From a virus (lineage: Duplodnaviria; Heunggongvirae; Uroviricota; Caudoviricetes), in IMG/VR virus record IMGVR_UViG_643348545_000009, positions 1-53,655 of that record: a stretch of DNA of 53,655 nt. One strand, 5' to 3'. Below are positions 47,619-53,655 of this stretch, in pieces. Positions within the stretch are counted from its first letter, which is position 1, and each line of letters starts with the position of its first letter. Made by a program: the position numbers and the translations under genes. The notes beneath the pieces were generated by a model, which searched no databases, was not told where the DNA came from, and was given only the letters and a program-made list of their open reading frames with translations.

Positions 47619-47792
47619 ATACCAACCCACCCCGCCCCACAGAATGCAGGGCAATACTTCGAGTTACCCGGCAGTGGTCAGGGGTTAAGTAGCCAGCCCG
47701 AGGCGTATGAACATGACGGCGGGAACACTTTGTATAACAGCGCAGCAGGTTTTTGTTCCGCTACCCCGGCGTTAAGGGGAAATGAGGTCAGC

Positions 47793-47945
47793 ATGGATAC
47801 TATCGAGCTTGGCAACAGCGAATCTCTGGTATGCGGCGTGTTTCCCAACCAGGACGGCACGTTTACCGCGATGACGTATACCAGAAGCAAAACGTTTAAA
47901 ACGGAAGCTGGCGCGCGTCGCTGGTTAGCAAGAAACTCTGACTGA
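47793..47945 (+). CDS. YdfA-like small protein (DUF1391-like)
   Basis: 50 aa MDTIELGNSESLVCGVFPNQDGTFTAMTYTRSKTFKTEAGARRWLARNSD; purine-rich region upstream of ATG 47793. Confidence 0.55.
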   Translation: MDTIELGNSESLVCGVFPNQDGTFTAMTYTRSKTFKTEAGARRWLARNSD

Positions 47946-48043
47946 TGAAGGTTAGTAATTAAAGAGTTCTCCACAGGCGAAGTGGAATACGTTCGCCGGA
48001 CACGGGTAAGCATTCGGCATGCTCTTTAACAATCTGGGTATTC

Positions 48044-48490
48044 CTAACCACAAAGGAATCGCATCAATTTGGATTTTGCAGACAGTTTCTCTTGTTGTTC
48101 TACGGAGATTCCTATTTTGATCTGGGTTTTTAAGATTGCGATATCTTTAAGCGACGACCAAATATTATCATCTGTTTTTTCCAGGAGCTTTAACTGCATT
48201 TTCAATTCCGAATCGGAATATTTTTCTGCATCATCATAAAGCTGCAGATATTCTGCGGATTTTCTCATTGCGTTACCTGACTTTTGTCCGAATCCGTAAA
48301 TCGTTTGAACGGTTGCTATCACAACAATGAGAACTCCAGAAACTTCAGGAATAAATCCACCAATGACAGATGAACCGAGGATAATACTCACCACTGAGAA
48401 AAGTTTATCGAGACGACCAGTCGCTACAGAGAATAGTTGTTCAAGAAAATAACCATATAAAACCCTGTCAAGAATATCATCCCGGTCCAT
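48044..48490 (-). CDS. Two-transmembrane protein with C-terminal coiled coil (SLATT-like or SieB-like topology)
   Basis: 148 aa; hydrophobic helices LFSVVSIILGSSVIGGFI and VSGVLIVVIATVQTIYGF then helical K/E-rich tail; opposite strand to the surrounding dicA-dicB operon. Confidence 0.5.
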   Translation of the reverse strand: MDRDDILDRVLYGYFLEQLFSVATGRLDKLFSVVSIILGSSVIGGFIPEVSGVLIVVIATVQTIYGFGQKSGNAMRKSAEYLQLYDDAEKYSDSELKMQLKLLEKTDDNIWSSLKDIAILKTQIKIGISVEQQEKLSAKSKLMRFLCG

Positions 48491-48496
48491 ATATCA

Positions 48497-48757
48497 TCAC
48501 CTGCTTGTTTGATTGTTGCTGTTCCCCCTCTCCTCTGAAGGAGCTGGAGATGGTTTTGGTCGAATGTTTTTCTCAGGTATATGTTTCCTGGTATTCGGAA
48601 TGTCCGCCCTGTCCGCAGGCTTACCAGTACCTGAACAATTCTTTTGAACCACCATATAAAACACCTTCCTGTTGTTGGGGATATCCAGATTATACAGATT
48701 TCCTGTTATTGGGGAATGACGGAAACCACCTCGCCTGACGTGGTTAAAAGCAGGCAC
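48497..48757 (-). CDS. Hypothetical basic protein (weak gene model)
   Basis: 86-aa ORF ending 7 nt upstream of the 148-aa gene start; GTG start; competes with an overlapping plus-strand Cys-rich ORF. Confidence 0.15.
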   Translation of the reverse strand: MPAFNHVRRGGFRHSPITGNLYNLDIPNNRKVFYMVVQKNCSGTGKPADRADIPNTRKHIPEKNIRPKPSPAPSEERGNSNNQTSR

Positions 48758-48952
48758 ACAACACGAAAGCGCACGGCGAGATTCCTTTGCATATAAGGCT
48801 TGTCGTTAAATTTCTTCGACCGTGCACTTCCGGTTGTGGCACTCCGCGAAATGGCGCGGCGGTAAGTATGGCTGGGGTTTCCTCCATTGCTCCAGAAAAT
48901 GCACCGGGTTGTCAGGTTGACCATACGCTTAAGTGACAGCCCCGCCACAATA

Positions 48953-49010
48953 CCCATGCGTAGTCTTTGGTGGCATCAGTTCTACTCCGTGACTGCTCTG
49001 CCACCCTTTT
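48953..49010 (+). ncRNA. dicF: DicF-like small RNA with terminator
   Basis: …TTTGGTGGCATCAGTTCTACTCCGTGACTGCTCTGCCACCCTTTTT closely matches recalled E. coli DicF (…TTTGGCGGTATCAGTTTTACTCCGTGACTGCTCTGCCGCCC); lies just upstream of dicB. Confidence 0.6.
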
Positions 49011-49193
49011 TAAAGTGAATTTTGTGATGCGGTGAATGCGGCTATGCGCACGCGGAACAGTTAAAACCGTAAAGTGGTCTTTTACGGGGCGTAACGGGCA
49101 TCCTTCTGTATTCCGGCGTTAATTGTTAACTGGTTAACGTCACCTGGAGGCACCAGGCACTGCATCACAAAATTCATTGTTGAGGACGCGATA

Positions 49194-49382
49194 ATGGAAA
49201 CGTTATTACCAAACGTTAATACGTCTGAAGGTTGTTTTGATATTGGTGTTCTGCTCAGTAACCGGGAGTTTACGGAAGATGCCATTAAGATGAGAAAATA
49301 TGAACCTTATCTTCTCAATGATAATTCCATACTTTCCAGAATTGCCCTTCTTGAACTTGGTATTATCGGAGAACAGCAGTGA
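49194..49382 (+). CDS. dicB: Cell division inhibitor DicB
   Basis: 62 aa METLLPNVNTSEGCFDIGV…TEDAIKMRK… matches recalled DicB N-terminal half (MKTLLPNVNTSEGCFEIGV…TEDAINKRK…). Confidence 0.8.
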   Translation: METLLPNVNTSEGCFDIGVLLSNREFTEDAIKMRKYEPYLLNDNSILSRIALLELGIIGEQQ

Positions 49383-49567
49383 CTTCAGCGTTTGCACTGA
49401 TAATGACCGTTTTTCTTATAACGGGTGAGCCGCAGAATGTGATTACCGGAATTTATGACAGTAAGTCATCCTGCATTCAGGTAAGGGACGAACAAAAAAT
49501 CCCCGGTGAATGCCTCCCGTTAAAAAAAGTATCGCTGTACCTGAATAACGAAACACCGGCTGGATAA
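49379..49567 (+). CDS. ydfD: YdfD-like small membrane protein
   Basis: 62 aa with N-terminal TM (MTSAFALIMTVFLITGEP…) and …EQKIPG.C.P… resembling YdfD; GTG start overlaps dicB stop (GTGA). Confidence 0.55.
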   Translation: MTSAFALIMTVFLITGEPQNVITGIYDSKSSCIQVRDEQKIPGECLPLKKVSLYLNNETPAG

Positions 49568-49659
49568 CCCGCCAGCCATATTAACGCCATACCAACGGAT
49601 TAAAAATGCCAGCAATGGCAGGAATTTGTTCATCCTTAAAATGGTTATGAGGTTTATCA

Positions 49660-52017
49660 ATGAACGCTGATAAAGAAGAAATTGCACTATATTACGAAGC
49701 CAAAAATGACAAAGTCAGAAAACGCCTTGGGATTAAAGGTGGTTTTTACTGGCGCACAGCAAAAAAATTATCGGTTGCAATATCACGCGGTGTTGCTGCA
49801 ATGGACGATGCCGGATTTGACGAAGAGGATTTTAAAAAACCCATCCGCGTCCATTTACCCGTTGTGAATGACCTTCCACCGGAAGGTGTGTTTGATACTG
49901 AATTCTGCAACCGATACGAAAAAGGCGGAGAAGATGGTATCACAATGATATTTATAGCGCCCTCCCCCTCAGTTCAGGACAAACCAGCCAGCACTGACAA
50001 TACCAACGTCAATGGCGAAGACATGGCTGAGATTGAGGATAATATGCTCCTGCCGATTTCCGGTCAGGAACTGCCCATTCGCTGGCTTGCGCAACATGGC
50101 AGCGAAAAACCGGTAACGCACGTTTCACGAGAAGAACTTCAGGCATTACATATCGCACGAGCTGAAGAACTACCGGCTGTTACTGGCCTGGCTATTTCCC
50201 ACAACACAAAGCTGCTCGACCCGCTGGAGATTCGCGACCTTCACAAATTGGTACGCGACACTGACAAAGTTTTCCCTAATCCCGTTAATTCCAGTCTGGG
50301 GTTCATGACTGCTTTTTTCGAAGCATACCTGGACACTGACTATACCGATCGAGGTCTGCTGACAAAAGAGTGGATGAAAGGAAATCGTGTTTCTCGCATC
50401 ACCCGCACGGCTTCCGGTGCAAATGCCGGTGGCGGAAATAAAACCGATCGTAATCCTGACTTAGTACACACCCTCGATACTCTGGATGTGGAGGCTGCAG
50501 CAGCCACGCTTCCGATGGATTTTAATATTTATGAAATTCCCGGGAGCGTTTATCGTCGCGCAAAAGAAATCGTCCTGAAAAAAGAAAGTCCGTTCAGGGA
50601 ATGGTCCGCAGCACTTCGCGCAACCCCTGGTATCCTGGACTATTCCCGCGCAGCTATTTTTGCACTTATCCGAAGCGCCCACCCTGAGTTTTATCACTAC
50701 CCGGGGCGCCTTCAGGGGTATATCAATGCCAACCTGACAGAAACTGATCACGAGAATCCCACAGCTGAAACGCTCATGGCTGCCCGGCATACACCGGAAA
50801 AAGATATCCTGGAAGAAATTAACGGCGGACTGGCTGCTGAGTGCAAAACAGAAGAAGAAAAAAATGATGAAGATAACCCGCAGCCGCTGGATGACAAGTC
50901 ACAGGTAAAAGTTACCGCTGACGAAGTAAACAAAATTATGCAGGCAGCCAATATCAGCCAGCCTGACGCCGATAAGTTGCTTGCTGCCTCTCGCGGAGAA
51001 TTTGTTGCAGGGATTAGCGACCCGAATGATCCGAAATGGGTAAAGGGGATTGAAACCCGCGATTCTGTAAACCAGAACCAGCAAGAATCGGAACAGAACG
51101 ACCAGAAAGCGGAACAAAACAGCCCAAATGCGTTACAAAACGAGCCAGAAACGAAACAACCTGAACCAGTAGTGCAACAAGAACCGGAAAAGATCTGCAC
51201 CGCCTGCGGTCAGACCGGCGGCGGCAACTGCCCTGATTGTGGCGCGGTGATGGGCGACGCAACATACCAGGAAACATTCGATGAAGAGAATCAGGTTGAA
51301 GTTCAGGAAAATGATCCGAAGGAAATGGAAGGCGCTGAACATCCACACAAGGAGAATGCTGGCAGCGCTCAGGATCACGCCAGCGATAGTGAAACTGGCG
51401 AGACGGCAGATCCCTTAATTACGGTGAACGGTCATCACGTTATCACATCCACCAGCAGGTTGTGGCACCATCTGATGATTGACCTTGAAACAATGGGCAA
51501 AAATCCTGATGCCCCGATTATCTCAATAGATGCAATATTTTTCGATCCGCAAACCGGAGATATGGGACCGGAATTTAGTAAGACTATCGATCTGGAAACT
51601 GCTGGCGGAGTCATTGATCGTGACGTCATTAAAAGGTGGCTGAAGCAATCACGTGAAGCGCAGTCTGCCATTATGACCGATGAAATCCCGTTAGATGATG
51701 CACTGTTACAATTGCGGGAATTTATCGACGAAAACTCCGGTGAATTTTTTGTTCAGGTCTGGGGAAATGGAGCCAACTTCGAAAACACGATTTTGCGCCG
51801 TTCATACGAACGGCAGGGGATCCCCTGCCCGTGGCGTTACTACAACGATCGCGATGTACGCACAATCGTTGAGCTGGGGAAAGCCATAGACTTCGATGCC
51901 AGAACTGCTACCCCATTCGAAGGTGAGCGCCATAATGCACTTGATGACGCCCGTTATCAGGCAAAATACGTTTCAGCTATCTGGCAAAAACTGATCCCGA
52001 GTCAGGCTGATTTTTAA
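49660..52017 (+). CDS. Large exonuclease-like protein (YdfE/ExoVIII-position) with C-terminal DEDD-type 3'-5' exonuclease domain
   Basis: 785 aa; acidic Q/E-rich linker, zinc-ribbon-like [17 protein letters not shown]-terminal …[11 protein letters not shown]…DAIFFD…WGNGANFE…[11 protein letters not shown]… DnaQ-like motifs. Confidence 0.7.
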   Translation: MNADKEEIALYYEAKNDKVRKRLGIKGGFYWRTAKKLSVAISRGVAAMDDAGFDEEDFKKPIRVHLPVVNDLPPEGVFDTEFCNRYEKGGEDGITMIFIAPSPSVQDKPASTDNTNVNGEDMAEIEDNMLLPISGQELPIRWLAQHGSEKPVTHVSREELQALHIARAEELPAVTGLAISHNTKLLDPLEIRDLHKLVRDTDKVFPNPVNSSLGFMTAFFEAYLDTDYTDRGLLTKEWMKGNRVSRITRTASGANAGGGNKTDRNPDLVHTLDTLDVEAAAATLPMDFNIYEIPGSVYRRAKEIVLKKESPFREWSAALRATPGILDYSRAAIFALIRSAHPEFYHYPGRLQGYINANLTETDHENPTAETLMAARHTPEKDILEEINGGLAAECKTEEEKNDEDNPQPLDDKSQVKVTADEVNKIMQAANISQPDADKLLAASRGEFVAGISDPNDPKWVKGIETRDSVNQNQQESEQNDQKAEQNSPNALQNEPETKQPEPVVQQEPEKICTACGQTGGGNCPDCGAVMGDATYQETFDEENQVEVQENDPKEMEGAEHPHKENAGSAQDHASDSETGETADPLITVNGHHVITSTSRLWHHLMIDLETMGKNPDAPIISIDAIFFDPQTGDMGPEFSKTIDLETAGGVIDRDVIKRWLKQSREAQSAIMTDEIPLDDALLQLREFIDENSGEFFVQVWGNGANFENTILRRSYERQGIPCPWRYYNDRDVRTIVELGKAIDFDARTATPFEGERHNALDDARYQAKYVSAIWQKLIPSQADF

Positions 52018-52088
52018 TGTTCAACCGTCGCCGGTTGCAATTGGTATTCTGCAACCGGCGTTCATCTGATGTAAGAGATAAAGAATCG

Positions 52089-52340
52089 ATGAGCGAAGTA
52101 ATCATGATCGTCTCTCCTGGCAAATGGGTATCCGAAGAGCAGTTAATTGCACTTAAAGGAATCAAAAAGGGAACGCTAAAAAAAGCCAGGGAAAAATCGT
52201 TTATGGAAGGAAGGGAATATAAGCATGTCGCTCATGACGGTATGCCATGGGATAACAGTCCATGCTTTTACAACCTGGAAGAAATTGATCGCTGGATTGA
52301 GCGCCAGGCATCTGCAAGACCAAGACGTCATCTTGCTTGA
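52089..52340 (+). CDS. xis: Excisionase (Xis-like)
   Basis: …LKKAREKSFMEGREYKHVAHDGMPW… resembles lambda Xis core; immediately upstream of int. Confidence 0.6.
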   Translation: MSEVIMIVSPGKWVSEEQLIALKGIKKGTLKKAREKSFMEGREYKHVAHDGMPWDNSPCFYNLEEIDRWIERQASARPRRHLA

Positions 52341-52359
52341 CTAAAAGCAACACGAACCA

Positions 52360-53655
52360 ATGAGAGAAGCTGAAATGAAATATCCGACAGGCGTGGAAAA
52401 CCATGGAGGGAAATTACGTATCTGGTTTGTTTATAAAGGTGTAAGAGTCCGGGAAAATCTTGGGGTTCCTGACACAGCAAAAAACAGACGCATTGCAGGT
52501 GAGCTACGCGCCTCTGTTTGTTACGCAATAAAAACTGGCGCTTTCGACTATGCAAAACAGTTTCCCGCCTCACACAATCTGGAAAAATTTGGTGAGGCCC
52601 GACAAGATTTAACCATAAAAGAACTGGCTGAAAAATTTCTGGCACTGAAAGAAACTGAAGTCGCAAAAACGTCACTCAACACGTACCGTGCCGTCATCAA
52701 AAATATTCTGAGCATAATAGGTGAAAAAAATCTTGCATCATCGATTAATAAAGAAAAATTGCTGGCGGTACGTAAAGAGTTACTGACTGGATACCAGATC
52801 CCCAAAAGTAACTATATTGTTACACAACCAGGGAGATCGGCTGTTACCGTAAATAATTACATGACAAATCTTTACGCCGTGTTCCAGTTTGGTGTTGATA
52901 ACGGTTATCTGGCAGACAATCCATTTAAGGGGATCTCACCATTAAAGGAGTCGAGAACCATCCCGGATCCACTTTCGCGGGAGGAGTTTATCCGCCTTAT
53001 TGACGCGTGCAGAAATCAGCAAGCCAAAAATTTATGGTGTGTTTCCGTTTATACTGGGATTCGCCCTGGTGAACTCTGTGCGCTTGGATGGGAAGATATA
53101 GATCTGAAAAATGGAACAATGATAATCAGAAGAAATCTGGCAAAAGACCGTTTTACAGTACCAAAAACACAGGCGGGAACCAATCGTGTGATTCACCTTA
53201 TTAAGCCCGCAATCGACGCTCTCCGGAGTCAGATGGCACTAACGAGACTGAGCAAAGAGCATATCATCGATGTTCACCTCAGAGAATTCGGCAGAACAGA
53301 GAAACAAAAATGTACCTTTGTTTTTCAACCTGAAGTGTCAGCGAAAGTAAAAAATTATGGTGACCATTTTACCGTTGACTCAATAAGGCAGATGTGGGAC
53401 GCAGCGGTAAAGCGTGCCGGAATCCGCCATCGCAAATCGTATCAGTCGAGACACACTTATGCCTGCTGGTCGTTAACAGCAGGAGCTAACCCGGCATTCA
53501 TTGCAAACCAGATGGGCCATGCAGATGCGCAAATGGTGTTTCAGGTGTACGGGAAATGGATGTCAGAAAATAATAATGCGCAGGTAACGCTGTTAAATAC
53601 ACAGTTAAGCGAGTTTGCCCCAACCATGCCCCATAACGAAGCAATGAAAAATTAA
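52360..53655 (+). CDS. int: Tyrosine recombinase / phage integrase
   Basis: 431 aa; C-terminal catalytic region …RHRKSYQSRHTYACWSLTAGANPAFIANQMGHAD…VYGKWM…; stop codon is the last codon of the window. Confidence 0.9.
   Translation: MREAEMKYPTGVENHGGKLRIWFVYKGVRVRENLGVPDTAKNRRIAGELRASVCYAIKTGAFDYAKQFPASHNLEKFGEARQDLTIKELAEKFLALKETEVAKTSLNTYRAVIKNILSIIGEKNLASSINKEKLLAVRKELLTGYQIPKSNYIVTQPGRSAVTVNNYMTNLYAVFQFGVDNGYLADNPFKGISPLKESRTIPDPLSREEFIRLIDACRNQQAKNLWCVSVYTGIRPGELCALGWEDIDLKNGTMIIRRNLAKDRFTVPKTQAGTNRVIHLIKPAIDALRSQMALTRLSKEHIIDVHLREFGRTEKQKCTFVFQPEVSAKVKNYGDHFTVDSIRQMWDAAVKRAGIRHRKSYQSRHTYACWSLTAGANPAFIANQMGHADAQMVFQVYGKWMSENNNAQVTLLNTQLSEFAPTMPHNEAMKN

Larger units (their letters stand above)
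1..53655. mobile_element. Lambdoid prophage, near-complete (lambda-like tail, HK97-like head, Qin/Rac-like immunity region), inverted orientation with int at right edge; left boundary not defined within window
   Basis: Contiguous phage modules in canonical order on the minus strand (tail, head, packaging, lysis, Q, nin, replication, immunity) plus xis/int on the plus strand at the right end. Confidence 0.85.

Noticed and set aside
47601-47792. Long form of the YdfA-like ORF starting at ATG 47601
   Set aside because: That ATG lies inside the 3' arm of the terminator hairpin; the internal ATG at 47793 with an upstream purine-rich region gives the conserved ~50-aa product.

Overview
This window is almost entirely one lambdoid prophage, read here in inverted orientation: structural and late genes lie on the minus strand, and the xis/int pair closes the right edge (the int stop codon is the last codon of the window, so the attachment site lies outside). 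All calls rest on reading the six-frame translations and the DNA by eye, with family assignments from recalled homology; no searches were run. From left to right: cargo at the tail-fibre end (LuxR-type regulator, Eib-like trimeric autotransporter); tail fibre genes tfa/stf; lambda-like tail genes J, I, K, L, M, H, G/T (A_AAA_AAG slippery site), V; HK97-like connector genes; a protein with 162-bp tandem coding repeats; portal; a fused prohead-protease/capsid gene; TerL, TerS, GTTAAC-rich cos-like repeats and HNH; a lysis cassette (S21-like pinholin with a 1-nt frameshift, SAR endolysin, Rz/Rz1) broken up by inserted genes; NanS-p-like esterase; Q; nin-like region (RusA, DUF968, hok, QueH-like); replication genes O (with internal iterons) and P; a Qin/Rac-like immunity region (cro-like, dicA-like repressor, DicF sRNA, dicB, ydfD); a large exonuclease; xis; int. 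No Shiga toxin, tRNA or CRISPR was found. The best candidates for something undescribed are insertions with their own regulatory signals: (1) a P22 immI-like ant-arc/mnt switch inserted between tail genes K and L, with mnt translationally coupled to a ClpP-fold serine peptidase; (2) an outer-membrane lipoprotein carrying a TonB C-terminal domain, next to a ribbon-helix-helix gene; (3) two convergent, 3'-overlapping ORFs inserted between holin and endolysin; (4) an opposite-strand two-transmembrane protein embedded in the dicA-dicF operon; (5) two copies of a ~230-bp hairpin-rich element between Q and the esterase, where related phages carry tRNA/toxin cargo.
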